From Acidimicrobiales bacterium (lineage in GTDB: Bacteria; Actinomycetota; Acidimicrobiia; Acidimicrobiales; Bog-793): DNA of 64,000 nucleotides. The stretch lies in the NCBI GenBank assembly GCA_049514105.1, contig JBEKVJ010000010.1, forward strand, positions 3,405 to 67,404. The letters run 5' to 3'. This document shows positions 46,598 to 58,977 of this stretch, piece after piece; within the stretch, counting starts at the first letter, position 1, and every line of letters starts with the position of its first letter. The notes below the pieces were generated by a model. The model was not told the DNA's origin and searched no databases. It saw only the letters and a list, made by a program, of their open reading frames with translations. Position numbers and translations under genes: made by a program.

Positions 46598-47668
46598 CTA
46601 AAGGTCCAGCCAGCCTGTCCGTGTCCGCCAATGTCCTCCGGCCTTGAGGTGCGCCACGACGGACTTCTCCAAGCTCGTCCTTTGCGGCAAGGCGTCTAGA
46701 TGATCTGATGCATCAGGCTTTCGAAAGACGAACTCGAGGATCTCCTTGTCGTCTTCGATGCCCCCGGGCACGAGCTGAAACCGCCGTTGAAAGCTGACGA
46801 TGTTCGACTCAGCTGGTAGCCAAGCGGCTAGCTGCTCATCGAGCAACCAAGACCAGCACGTGGCCAGGCGTCGTTTCTGGCTCACCAGAGGGAAGTACTC
46901 CGAGAAGAAGGCCCTGGCCATCTCGAACGAGTGATTACAAGCCGCTGGCGTGAGGGGACCTGACTCGGGAATGTGGACGCCCACGCAAAGGTCCCCGGGC
47001 TCGAAGCCTTCGCCTCGCTGCTGCGCTTGCTTCGCCGGATACCACGGCGGGCTGATGTCCGCGACCCCGAGACGGAACCAGTTGTACTGCAAACGTCCGA
47101 GGTCAAAGACCTCAGCGCGAAGGCACAGTGCCACCCACCAGGGGGCATCTACACCTGTGGCGCCGTAGGTGCGTCGGTGAATTGCCATGTGTCGTCCGAG
47201 GTCGGCCATTGAAGCCCAGGAGATCTCCTCCGGTATGCCACGCGAGCGGTGCCAGGCGAGCGTATGCGGCATGGTCGCGAGGAACAGGTGCGCCATGAAG
47301 CAGCGTTGCCGGGACGGGTATGCCTCCTCGCTGCCGACCCAGCCTGGCCAGCCGAGGTGCGGCGTGTCCGGTGTCCCCATTGCCTTTGTGATGAGGTGAC
47401 TCGAGCGTTCCAGCAACCACCACCATTCAGGCGAGCCCGCCGGCGACGGCAGCGTGGTCGCTACCTCGTTGGCGTCTCGATCGGGCACGCCCAGGCGACT
47501 GAGCAGAGCCTTTGTCTCCTCTGTAGAAGGAAGGACCACCCGGTAGGGCGGCTTGCCCACCGAAGCTAGGTTGTCTGCCCACCTCGTCGCCCCTTCGTCA
47601 AGGCCAAGGGCTTTGACGACTGAGGCTGCCACGTTGAGGTTCGGCGCGACAGTCACAGCTGGACTCAC
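46598..47668 (-). CDS. conserved hypothetical protein (possibly the GNAT-like acyltransferase / DUF5596-type family)
   Basis: 356-aa ORF with good coding character. The segment VGVHIPESGPLTPAACNHSFEMARAFFSEYFP resembles, from memory, the GNAT_C-type acyltransferase family. Family assignment is unverified. Confidence 0.35.
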   Translation of the reverse strand: MSPAVTVAPNLNVAASVVKALGLDEGATRWADNLASVGKPPYRVVLPSTEETKALLSRLGVPDRDANEVATTLPSPAGSPEWWWLLERSSHLITKAMGTPDTPHLGWPGWVGSEEAYPSRQRCFMAHLFLATMPHTLAWHRSRGIPEEISWASMADLGRHMAIHRRTYGATGVDAPWWVALCLRAEVFDLGRLQYNWFRLGVADISPPWYPAKQAQQRGEGFEPGDLCVGVHIPESGPLTPAACNHSFEMARAFFSEYFPLVSQKRRLATCWSWLLDEQLAAWLPAESNIVSFQRRFQLVPGGIEDDKEILEFVFRKPDASDHLDALPQRTSLEKSVVAHLKAGGHWRTRTGWLDL

Positions 47669-47697
47669 ACCGTGGGCGTCGGGTGGCCAATCGGTCG

Positions 47698-50217
47698 TTA
47701 GCTGATCGGTAGTCTCGGCTGAACCTCGGGGATCTCGGTCTCTTGAGGAACCTTTGTCACTGCCGCGACTGTCTGGCCGTCGTCGAGGTTCATGACTCGG
47801 ACCCCGGTTGCGTCGCGGCCCTGAGCTGCGATCTCCCGCACTGCGATGCGGATCATCACGCCCGCCGAGGACACCACGATGATCTCGTCCTCGAGCGATG
47901 CCATGAGGGCCGCTACGACAGCCCCTCGGCGCTGGGTGAGCTTGATGCCCCGCACGCCCTGGCCGCCTCGGGTCTGAGAGTTGAAGTGGTCGAGCTTGGT
48001 GCGCTTGCCGTAGCCGGCGTCGGTGACGATGAGCAGGTCCACACCCTCGCGAGCCACATCGCAGGACACGACCTCATCACCGGCCCGCAGCCGCATCCCG
48101 CGTACACCGGCGGTACTGCGGCCCATCGGGCGAACCTCGGACTCCGCGAACCGAATAGCGGTGCCGTGCTTGGACACCATGAGCAGGTCGTCGTCCCCCC
48201 CGGTCCGTACGACTCGGACGAGCTCGTCACCTTCGTTCAAATTGATCGCAATGAAACCCTCTCGCCGTGACTTGTCGTACTCGGAGAAGGCGGTCTTTTT
48301 GACCTGGCCTGTCTTGGTGGCGAACACGAGATACTCGTCGGCATCGAAGGTTCGCGTCTCAACTATCGCCTGGATGCTCTCTCCGGGCTCGAGCGGCAGG
48401 AGGTTGACGATCGGCGTCCCGCGGGCGTTTCGCTCCTTGACGGGGACTTCGTGAGCCCTGAGCCGGTAGACCTTGCCCCGGTTGGAGAACAGGAGCAGGT
48501 GCGAGTGCGCAGTTGTGTGGAGGACTTGGTCGATGAGGTCCTCCTCTTTCAGTTTCGTGCCCTGCACCCCGCGCCCGCCGCGCGCCTGAGCCCGGAAAGC
48601 GTCGGCCTGGACGGCTTTGATGTAGCCGGCGTGGGTTAGGGTGACGACGATCTCCTCGTCTTCGATGAGATCTTCCACGAACAGTTCGCCTGGGTCGTGC
48701 ACGATGCGGGTCCGCCGCGGTTCTGCATGCTGATGCTTGATCGCCTCGAGCTCGGTGGAGATCACAGCGCGAAGCCGTACAGGATCCCCGAGGATGGACT
48801 CGAGCTCCGCGATGGTCTCTCGCAACTGGGCCATCTCGGTCTCGAGCTCGCTGCGCCCGAGCCTCGTCAGGCGCCCCAGTGTCATGTCCAAAATGTGGTT
48901 CGCCTGTTCCTCGCTGAAGGAGAACGGCTCTTGCATCAAGTTGAGGCGTGCCTCTGGTCGGTCGGCGGATGCGCGGATCGTCGCGATCACCGCGTCGAGC
49001 ATCTCGATCGCACGCAGAAGGCCCTCGACGATGTGCGCCCTGGCCAAGGCCTTGCGCAGGCGAAATTGCGAGCGCCTCGTGACGACCTCAACCTGGTGCG
49101 CGACATAGGCCGTAAGGGCCTGGGAAAGGTTCAACAACCGTGGCACACTGTCGACGAGGGCGAGAACGTGCACGCCGAAGGTGGTCTGCAACGGAGTGTG
49201 CTTATAGAGGTTGTTCAGCACAACGTTGGCGTTCGCATCGCGCTTTAGGGTGATGACCAGGCGGGAGACCCGTCCAGCAGAGTCGTTCTGAACGCTGCTG
49301 ATACCTGTGAGGTCCCCGGAGTCGATCGCATCTGCGATCTTCATCTCGATGCCAGCGACAGATGTCTGATACGGAATCTCGGTGACGATGATCTGGTCAG
49401 CACCTGAGCGTGACTCAGTTATCTCGGCCACAGCCCGCATCTTCACCGAGCCGCGCCCGGTCCGATAGGCATCGATCAGCCCGGCGCGCCCCAAGATGAG
49501 GGCACCGGTCGGGAAGTCAGGGCCTTTGACAAAATGCATCAGCTCGTCAGGCGTGGCTTCGGGATGCTCGAGCAGATGAAGCGTTGCGTCAATGACCTCG
49601 CCGAGATTGTGGGGCGGGATGTTGGTAGCCATCCCGACAGCAATGCCCTGCGAGCCATTGACCAATAGGTTCGGGAAACGAGCAGGCAAAACAACGGGCT
49701 GCACTTCGTTGCCGTCGTAATTCGGGATGAAGTCGACCGTTCCCTCGTCGATGCCGTCCAGGAGCGCGAGCGCGAGAGGGGCGAGCCGGCACTCGGTGTA
49801 ACGCATGGCTGCCGGGCCGGCGTCGGGTCCTGGGGCCCCGAAGTTCCCGTGCCCGTCGATAAGTGGGTGGCGCAAGCTGAAGTCTTGCGCCATCCGGGCC
49901 AAGGCGTCGTAGATCGCCAGGTCGCCGTGGGGGTGGAAGCGGCCCATGACATCGCCGACGACCTTGGCACACTTAGCATGCGGGCGGTCAGGGCGAAGCC
50001 CGGTGTCCGACATCCCGTAAAGGATCCGACGGTGAACGGGTTTCAAGCCATCGCGGACGTCGGGGAGCGCCCTTGAGACGATGACCGACATTGAGTATTC
50101 GAGGAAGGATCGCTCCATCTCCTCTTGGATCTCGATCGGCTCGATCGCTCCGACCACCGCGCCGCTGTCGCCGGAGGTGTCCGAGTTGCCCCCGTTGCTC
50201 CCGTTGCCTCGTGCCAT
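47698..50217 (-). CDS. gyrA: DNA gyrase subunit A
   Basis: Full-length GyrA ([20 protein letters not shown], active-site region AAMRYTE, C-terminal beta-pinwheel). Start is ATG 50217 or GTG 50226. Confidence 0.95.
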   Translation of the reverse strand: MARGNGSNGGNSDTSGDSGAVVGAIEPIEIQEEMERSFLEYSMSVIVSRALPDVRDGLKPVHRRILYGMSDTGLRPDRPHAKCAKVVGDVMGRFHPHGDLAIYDALARMAQDFSLRHPLIDGHGNFGAPGPDAGPAAMRYTECRLAPLALALLDGIDEGTVDFIPNYDGNEVQPVVLPARFPNLLVNGSQGIAVGMATNIPPHNLGEVIDATLHLLEHPEATPDELMHFVKGPDFPTGALILGRAGLIDAYRTGRGSVKMRAVAEITESRSGADQIIVTEIPYQTSVAGIEMKIADAIDSGDLTGISSVQNDSAGRVSRLVITLKRDANANVVLNNLYKHTPLQTTFGVHVLALVDSVPRLLNLSQALTAYVAHQVEVVTRRSQFRLRKALARAHIVEGLLRAIEMLDAVIATIRASADRPEARLNLMQEPFSFSEEQANHILDMTLGRLTRLGRSELETEMAQLRETIAELESILGDPVRLRAVISTELEAIKHQHAEPRRTRIVHDPGELFVEDLIEDEEIVVTLTHAGYIKAVQADAFRAQARGGRGVQGTKLKEEDLIDQVLHTTAHSHLLLFSNRGKVYRLRAHEVPVKERNARGTPIVNLLPLEPGESIQAIVETRTFDADEYLVFATKTGQVKKTAFSEYDKSRREGFIAINLNEGDELVRVVRTGGDDDLLMVSKHGTAIRFAESEVRPMGRSTAGVRGMRLRAGDEVVSCDVAREGVDLLIVTDAGYGKRTKLDHFNSQTRGGQGVRGIKLTQRRGAVVAALMASLEDEIIVVSSAGVMIRIAVREIAAQGRDATGVRVMNLDDGQTVAAVTKVPQETEIPEVQPRLPIS

Positions 50218-50291
50218 GAACTGCACTGCCTCCGCTACTCGTGTTCAGAATTTGGCGCTGGTCCGCCGCGCCAAGGCGGCTGCGCCCAGGA

Positions 50292-52760
<2,469 letters not shown>

Positions 52761-52764
<4 letters not shown>

Positions 52765-53846
52765 TGTTTGAGCCTACCGTTGGCGAGCTTGACGACGAGC
52801 TTGGGTGAAGCGCCTGGTGGCAACTCGCCAGCGGTCGTCAAAAGTGCCTGGCCGAGGGGCAATTCACCAACTAGGGCCCGAGCGGTGGCATCGTCGAGCT
52901 CAGAGAAGGCGTCGTCGAGGAGCAGCACCGGTGCTGCTCCGGTGATCGTCGTCATAAGACGATGGCTCGCGAGACGTAGAGCGAGGGCAACACAGCGCTG
53001 GCGACCCTGGGAAAGCCGGGTGCGGGCGTCGAGTCCGCCCGCCTCGAGTTCGAGCTCGTCGCGCTGCGGGCCGACTGTGGTGGTCGCGCGGCGGAGATCT
53101 TCACGACGCGAAGCAGCAATGGCATCACCCAAGGGCCCTTCCCATGACCGGACATAGCGCATGTTGAAGATCCCCGCTCCGCCGGCGAGAACAGCAAAGG
53201 CTTCGGCTGCATGGGGCAAGAGAGCCTCGACCAGTTCCGCGCGCGAGGTGGCAAGCCGTTCGCCGATCAGCGACAGCCTGTCATCCCAGACATCAAGCGT
53301 CGTCGCCGCCTCAGAGTCGAGCCGGCCGGCTAGCTGGCGCAGCAAGGCGTTGCGATGCCTGAGTACCCGCTCGAGGGCGGCACGGTCGGTTCCGAGGCGG
53401 GGATGTGACTTTGCGAGCACGTCGTCGAGAAAGTCGCGCCGACCACTGGGCGAGCCTTTGACCAATCCGAGGTCGTCCGGGGTGAACAACGTCGTCCGCA
53501 GTACTTCGAGCAGGCCCCGCGTGCCGGGCACCCTTTGGGCATTGTGCCAGGCCCGGTCACGACGCCCAGGCAGGACATTGATCTCGATCTCGACCTTGCG
53601 CGTGCCCGCCAGCACGTCACAGCGCAGCTTGGCCTCCGCACAGCCCTGTCTTACGACGGCCTCCCGGGGTGCTCCCCGAAAAGACTGCAGCGTCGAACAG
53701 TAGACGACGGCCTCGAGAAGGCTCGTCTTCCCAGCGCCGTTCTCACCCTGCACGACGGTCAGTCCGTCGAGCGACGGACGAAGCTCGATGGATTCGATGT
53801 TGCGGAAATCGTGCAGCTCGAGCCGCACGATTTCCGTCTCGTCCAT
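52761..53846 (-). CDS. recF: DNA replication and repair protein RecF
   Basis: 361 aa. Walker A GENGAGKTSLLEA, SMC-like signature, LLLDDAFSELD Walker B. Confidence 0.92.
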
Positions 53847-53863
53847 GTTGATACCTGTACGGC

Positions 53864-54988
53864 TCAGGACACCTTCACAGGCATGAGCAGGTAGCGATAC
53901 TCGTCCTCGCCGTCGCCTCGCACCAAAGCCGGCTTGCCGGGATCGTTCACTTCCAAGATCAAGGTGTCCGCGCGAACCGCTTCGACCCCGTCCAAGAGGT
54001 ACGTCGGGTTGAAGGCCACAGTGAGGTCGTCGCCTTGAAAGTCTCCTTCAACGCTTTCTTCAGCCCTGCCGCTCTCAGGAGTGAGGACCGTCAGATCGAC
54101 ACCACCGTCATGAAGCGCGAGACGTACTGGGGTCGTGGCATCCTTGGTGTCTCTCACTACGAGACGGACCCGGCGCAACGCGGCCTCAAGGTCATCGCGC
54201 GGCACCCGCAAGTGGTAGGTGTAAGAAGCCGGGATCAGTCGCTCGACCTCTGGGAATTGACCGCGGAGGAGCCGCGTCGTTATTCGGACATCGTCGAGTT
54301 CGAACACGGCATCGAGCTCGCTGTAGCGGAACGCGATCTTTCGGTTGTCGTCACTTTTGGCTCCAGCCGCGAGACGTTGCACCTCGGCAAGCGCCTTGGC
54401 GGGAACAAGAACCTGGCGACCGGGCTCGACGACTGTCATGCCAGCAAAGTCGCGAAAGGCCAAACGGTACGAATCTGTGGCGATGAGCCTCAGTCCGTCC
54501 TCGGTGGCCACCATCAAAACTCCTGTAAGTTGTGGCGCTCTCGAGTCGTCGACAAGAGCCGCCCTAACGACTTGGCGAAGACCATCAGCGAACACTGCTC
54601 CGGGGATCTCGATCGCCTCTTGCTCGGGCACACCAAGACGCGTGATCTCAGCACCCAAGGCGACCCGGACGACGAACTCTGCCCGTCCCGATGAAAAACG
54701 GACCTCCTCGTCGCCAGCGACGACCGAAACAGCTCCGGGTTCGAACGAGCGCACTATGTCAACAACAAGGCGTGACGGCACGAGCACAGAACCATCGGAC
54801 TCACCCGCGACCTCACAGCAAGCCTCTATGACGAGATCCGGATCGGATCCGCACACATCCAGCTGCTTTCCACGCAACAAGAGGCGTAGCCCGACGACGC
54901 CAAAGCTGGGTCCAGAACGGGCGCTCGTTGCCCTCGATGCGGTTACGAGGGTTTCCAGAAGGGTGTCACGATCAGCTCGGAACTTCAC
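53864..54988 (-). CDS. dnaN: DNA polymerase III beta sliding clamp
   Basis: 374 aa, GTG start. MKFRADRDTLLE.. N-terminus and a three-domain clamp. Position between dnaA and recF. Confidence 0.93.
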   Translation of the reverse strand: MKFRADRDTLLETLVTASRATSARSGPSFGVVGLRLLLRGKQLDVCGSDPDLVIEACCEVAGESDGSVLVPSRLVVDIVRSFEPGAVSVVAGDEEVRFSSGRAEFVVRVALGAEITRLGVPEQEAIEIPGAVFADGLRQVVRAALVDDSRAPQLTGVLMVATEDGLRLIATDSYRLAFRDFAGMTVVEPGRQVLVPAKALAEVQRLAAGAKSDDNRKIAFRYSELDAVFELDDVRITTRLLRGQFPEVERLIPASYTYHLRVPRDDLEAALRRVRLVVRDTKDATTPVRLALHDGGVDLTVLTPESGRAEESVEGDFQGDDLTVAFNPTYLLDGVEAVRADTLILEVNDPGKPALVRGDGEDEYRYLLMPVKVS

Positions 54989-55197
54989 GGAATGCTCTAC
55001 TCCTTTCTAATTAGAAGAAAAAAGACAACAGGAGTAGTAGGTGCTGGGGATTGTTGATAACCCAGACTTCTTCCTGTTGGAGAGGGTCGCGCCCTCGACG
55101 GAGTTATCCTCCGATCGCACAGCCCGTTGTCGACGGCCGGGGGTGCCTGGGGACAGACGAATGGTCATCCCCTATCAGCTCGAGCGTTATCCACAGA
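54989..55197. other. candidate oriC (dnaA-dnaN spacer): DnaA boxes plus AT-rich tract
   Basis: Perfect TTATCCACA at 55187-55195, TTATCAACA (bottom strand) at 55052-55060, TTATCCTCC at 55104-55112, CTGTCCCCA (bottom strand) at 55149-55157. AT-rich run CTTTCTAATTAGAAGAAAAAAGACAAC at 55004-55030. Gene orientation diverges from here. Confidence 0.55.
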
Positions 55198-56652
55198 TCA
55201 TAAACCGTTCTTGATCTGGACGCTGAGCTCGGTGACCTGGTCGTATACCTGCCGGCGTTCCTTCATCAGGGCCGAGATCTTCTCAACCGCGTGTATCACC
55301 GTGGTGTGGTCGCGGTCGCCGAACTCGCGGCCTATGGCGGGGTAGCTGAAATCGGTGAGCTCACGAAACAGGTACATGGCGATCTGGCGCGCGATCACAA
55401 GCGGCCGTCTCCGGCTCGGCCCGATGAGCTCGTCGACGCTGAAGCCGAAATGACGCGCGCTTATCTCGATGATCTGTTGGGAGGTGATCTGGCGTGGTTG
55501 TTTGGAGGCTACGAAGTCCGCCAGGACAGACTCGGCCAGATCTCGGGTTAGAAGTTGTCTGTTCAAGCTGGCATAGGCAGTCACGCGAATGAGGGCACCT
55601 TCGAGCTCGCGAATGTTCTCCTTGACTTTGGTGGCGATGAAGTCGAGAACGTCGTCTCCGACAACGGCGTGCTCGTGCTCAGCCTTGGTACGCAGAATGG
55701 CGATGCGGGTCTCGAGCTCGGGGGGCTGGATGTCGGTTGTGAGCCCTGACAGCAGCCGGCTCCGAAGCCGGTCTTCGAGCGTCGCGATTGCCCGCGGAGC
55801 ACGATCGGAGGTCAGCACGATCTGCTTCGAGGAGCCGTAGAGCGAGTTAAAAGTGTGGAACAGCTCTTCTTGCAGGGACTCCTTTTTGTCCATGAACTGG
55901 ACGTCGTCGATGAGGAGCAGGTCGCATTCTCTGTATCGCCTGCGGAAGGCGCCCATGTCGTCTTTCGCGCGCAGTGTTTCGACGAATTCGTTCATGAAGG
56001 TCTCAGTCGACACATAGCGCACACGCATGCGGGGGAAATTCTCGTGCACGTAGTTGCCGACAGCCTGTAACAAGTGTGTCTTTCCGAGCCCAGCGGCGCC
56101 ATAGACGAACAACGGGTTGTACGAACGCGCTGGAGCTTCCGCCACAGAGAGCGCGGCAGCGTGCGCGAAGCGATTCGAGGGTCCGGTGACGAAGGTCTCG
56201 AACGTGTACTTCGGGTTCAGTGGGACGTCATCGGCTCCAGGGACGTCCCGGGGACGCCCGAAGACGGGTTTGCCGTTCTGCTGGGGCATGCTCACACCCA
56301 GCATGTCGGGATCGGCGCGCCTTGGTGCTTCTCTCGCTATCTCTTCGGGTCCAGGGTCATCTATTTGGACATCGAAGCGAAATTGGACCTCTTTGCCGGA
56401 GCTGTCGAGGAGCGCGTCGTGGACGAGCCCGTGAAACCGTCCCTCGAGGCGGTCCCGAACCACTCCACTCGGCACCGCAAGCACCAACGTCCCATTTGCG
56501 ACTGCCACCGGGCGGATCGCCGAGAACCAAGCTCGCCACGTCGCCTCGGACACCTGCGAGCGCAAGGAGTCCGAGCAGTCATTCCACAGTTGCTGTGCTT
56601 CTGTCACCAGCTCGAGCCCTCCGGTCGAGAAGTTCTCCACACCAGCATCCAC
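55198..56652 (-). CDS. dnaA: chromosomal replication initiator protein DnaA
   Basis: 484 aa. AAA+ ([21 protein letters not shown]), domain IV (DHTTVIHA). The exact start is uncertain (GTG 56652 or downstream GTGs). Confidence 0.95.
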   Translation of the reverse strand: MDAGVENFSTGGLELVTEAQQLWNDCSDSLRSQVSEATWRAWFSAIRPVAVANGTLVLAVPSGVVRDRLEGRFHGLVHDALLDSSGKEVQFRFDVQIDDPGPEEIAREAPRRADPDMLGVSMPQQNGKPVFGRPRDVPGADDVPLNPKYTFETFVTGPSNRFAHAAALSVAEAPARSYNPLFVYGAAGLGKTHLLQAVGNYVHENFPRMRVRYVSTETFMNEFVETLRAKDDMGAFRRRYRECDLLLIDDVQFMDKKESLQEELFHTFNSLYGSSKQIVLTSDRAPRAIATLEDRLRSRLLSGLTTDIQPPELETRIAILRTKAEHEHAVVGDDVLDFIATKVKENIRELEGALIRVTAYASLNRQLLTRDLAESVLADFVASKQPRQITSQQIIEISARHFGFSVDELIGPSRRRPLVIARQIAMYLFRELTDFSYPAIGREFGDRDHTTVIHAVEKISALMKERRQVYDQVTELSVQIKNGL

Positions 56653-56919
56653 AGGTGTGGACGGCGGGGCGAGCTCGCAGGGTGTGTCGGAATCGTACAG
56701 CGCCGGGACAGCGCTTGCCTCCGGGCAACCGCTTGGCCGGCAGACCCATCGTGCGCTAAATTACCCGGGCCGGTCCCTGCCGTCTGGTGGACCCGTGTTT
56801 TCGCGCGCCAGATGCAGAAACTTGTCTTGGCGGGTCGATTGCACCTGCTTCACCGGCCCACCGCCGCGTCGGGAGATACCCCGGACGTGCGGCACCGGAT
56901 CGAACGAAACGAGGCTGAG

Positions 56920-57054
56920 ATGAAGCGGACGTTCCAACCAAACACCCGTAAGAGGGCGAAAAGACATGGATTTCGGCACCGGATGTCGACACGCGCCGGG
57001 CGAGCCGTGTTGAAGGCACGCCGTCTTCGCGGGCGGGCTCGGCTGTCGGCCTGA
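56920..57054 (+). CDS. rpmH: 50S ribosomal protein L34
   Basis: [44 protein letters not shown], 44 aa. It is the 3' end of the long shadow ORF 56074..57054. Confidence 0.95.
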   Translation: MKRTFQPNTRKRAKRHGFRHRMSTRAGRAVLKARRLRGRARLSA

Positions 57055-57089
57055 GCCACGCTGCGGCACGTAATCGACTCCTGACGAAA

Positions 57090-57473
57090 ATGGGCACCGC
57101 GATGCCAGATCTCACCGGACATGCTCGCGGACCGCGCCCTCACCCGGTGCAAGGACGAACGGTGTTCACCCAGCTAAGGCGCTCGAAGTGCCGGTCGCGA
57201 TCGGGACCGTTGAGGGTACAGTTCGTTCCTGCACTACAGACCGATGATCTTCGCAGAGTTGCCTTCGCGATTCCCCGCAAGGTGGGTACCGCCGTCGAGC
57301 GCAATCGGGTCCGTCGGCGCTTGCGCGCGATTGTGGCCGAGGCGACAGTGCTGATTCCCGCGGGCGCGTACCTGATAGGCACCGAGCAGGGCGTTCGCGA
57401 TCTTTCGTTCCAAGAGCTCGAGGCAAGGATGATCGAAGCAATGCAGCGGGCGAGCCAGGTGGCGGCTCGATGA
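57090..57473 (+). CDS. rnpA: ribonuclease P protein component
   Basis: 127 aa, basic, RNR-like motif (AVERNRVRRRLRAIV). Follows rpmH. The start could be a few codons later. Confidence 0.85.
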   Translation: MGTAMPDLTGHARGPRPHPVQGRTVFTQLRRSKCRSRSGPLRVQFVPALQTDDLRRVAFAIPRKVGTAVERNRVRRRLRAIVAEATVLIPAGAYLIGTEQGVRDLSFQELEARMIEAMQRASQVAAR

Positions 57474-57709
57474 GAGACGTCCGGAGCGGGCCGACTCCGA
57501 TGGCAAAGGTGCTCCTATCGTTCGTACGCCTTTACCAGGGACTCCGTGCGGGAAGACCATCGCCGTGCCACTTCGTCCCTTCTTGCTCGAGTTACGCACT
57601 CGAGGCGATCGAGCTGCATGGAGCGGGTCGCGGGACCTGGTTGGCGTTCAGGCGCATCACGCGGTGTCGTCCCTTCGGCAGCCGGGGCTTCGACCCCGTC
57701 CCGAGCTGA
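57470..57709 (+). CDS. yidD: membrane protein insertion efficiency factor YidD
   Basis: 79 aa. CHFVPSCSSYALEAIELHG motif. ATGA overlap with rnpA. Confidence 0.88.
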   Translation: MRDVRSGPTPMAKVLLSFVRLYQGLRAGRPSPCHFVPSCSSYALEAIELHGAGRGTWLAFRRITRCRPFGSRGFDPVPS

Positions 57710-57717
57710 GGCCAGAG

Positions 57718-58974
57718 ATGCTTTTCGCTTCGTCTGCCGCCACCCATACGGCCAAAGCCGGTAGCTCCATCATCGGCACGGCCCTGCACCCGATTTTCGT
57801 CCTTGTCGGGTACGTTCTCGCCTTTTTCTACGGACTGATTCCGAACTACGGCGTCGCGATCGCACTTCTCACGGTCGCGGTGATGATCGTTGTGTTCCCT
57901 CTCACTCGCGCCAGCGCCCGCTCGATGATGCGGATGCAGCTGCTGGCGCCGGAGATGAAGAAGATCCAAAACCGTTACAAGCCCAAGCCCGGGACTCCGA
58001 CGGCCGAACGCCAAGAGCTGCGCCAGAAGATGAACGAGGAGGTGATGGCGCTCTACCGGGAGAACGGGGTGAACCCAACCGGCGGCTGCCTGCCGATGTT
58101 CCTCCAGTTCCCGATCCTGATCGTTCTCTACGACGTTGTACGGGGCCTTTCCAAAGTCGCCGACCTGCTCAACTCCAAGGGACAGAAGATCTACGTCCAC
58201 GGCGTCCTGCAGACCAAACCCACCCCTCAGAACATCCCAGTCACGAGCCGGATGTACAAAGATTTGGTCGCGGCCCATGGGCAGATGCATTTTCTTGGGA
58301 TCAACCTCGCGGACTCGGTGCGCACCCACCAGCCACACCTCGTCGATGTCATCCCCTACGCACTGCTGGTGCTCATCGCGGTGGGACTCCAGTACGTGTC
58401 GATCTGGCAGGTCACAACGCGAAACCCCGCCGCCGCGGCGTCCAACCAGCAGATGCAGCAGATGCAGAAGTACATGCCTCTCATCTTCCTGGTGCTCTAC
58501 ATAGCGCTTCCTGCGGGTGTGGGCGTCTACTTCATCGTGTCGAGCTTGTTCCGTGTGGGCCAGCAGGAATGGATGTACAAACACGACCCGACAATCACCG
58601 CAGCCATTCGGGAGCTCACAGCTCGCAAGAGTTCTGACCCTCCACCGGGTCCCGGAAATGATGACAAGAGCGCGGGAGGACCGCGCCCAAGCTCTAGCGG
58701 CAAAGGTTTCCTAGCTCGTATGCGTGACGCGGCCGCCACTGCTAGTGGAACAGAGCCCGACGAGGAAGCGCCACCCTCGCCGAAGCCCAGGTCAAGCGGC
58801 ACGTCCGGGCGGGGCACCGCGAACGGGGCGAAGCCGGCGACGAACCAGAACGGCTCGCGCAACGGTTCGAGCGCGAAGCGGCCAACGTCGCAGCGGCCAT
58901 CCGGCACCGCCTCGGGAAACGCTGGCAAGTCTCAACCACGCTCCAGGGACAAGCGTCCGCGGAGGGGCCGATAG
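57718..58974 (+). CDS. yidC: membrane protein insertase YidC with a long basic C-terminal tail
   Basis: Start moved to ATG 57718 inside ORF 57565..58974. 60-kDa-IMP core (GCLPMFLQFPILIVLY, MQKYMPLIF), then about 110 aa of Ser/Gly/Pro/Arg-rich tail. Confidence 0.88.
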   Translation: MLFASSAATHTAKAGSSIIGTALHPIFVLVGYVLAFFYGLIPNYGVAIALLTVAVMIVVFPLTRASARSMMRMQLLAPEMKKIQNRYKPKPGTPTAERQELRQKMNEEVMALYRENGVNPTGGCLPMFLQFPILIVLYDVVRGLSKVADLLNSKGQKIYVHGVLQTKPTPQNIPVTSRMYKDLVAAHGQMHFLGINLADSVRTHQPHLVDVIPYALLVLIAVGLQYVSIWQVTTRNPAAAASNQQMQQMQKYMPLIFLVLYIALPAGVGVYFIVSSLFRVGQQEWMYKHDPTITAAIRELTARKSSDPPPGPGNDDKSAGGPRPSSSGKGFLARMRDAAATASGTEPDEEAPPSPKPRSSGTSGRGTANGAKPATNQNGSRNGSSAKRPTSQRPSGTASGNAGKSQPRSRDKRPRRGR

Positions 58975-58977
58975 TCC

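Noticed and set aside
56074-56919. Upstream 280 codons of ORF 56074..57054
   Set aside because: Only the last 44 codons (56920..57054) are rpmH. The rest is antisense to dnaA plus the intergenic spacer.
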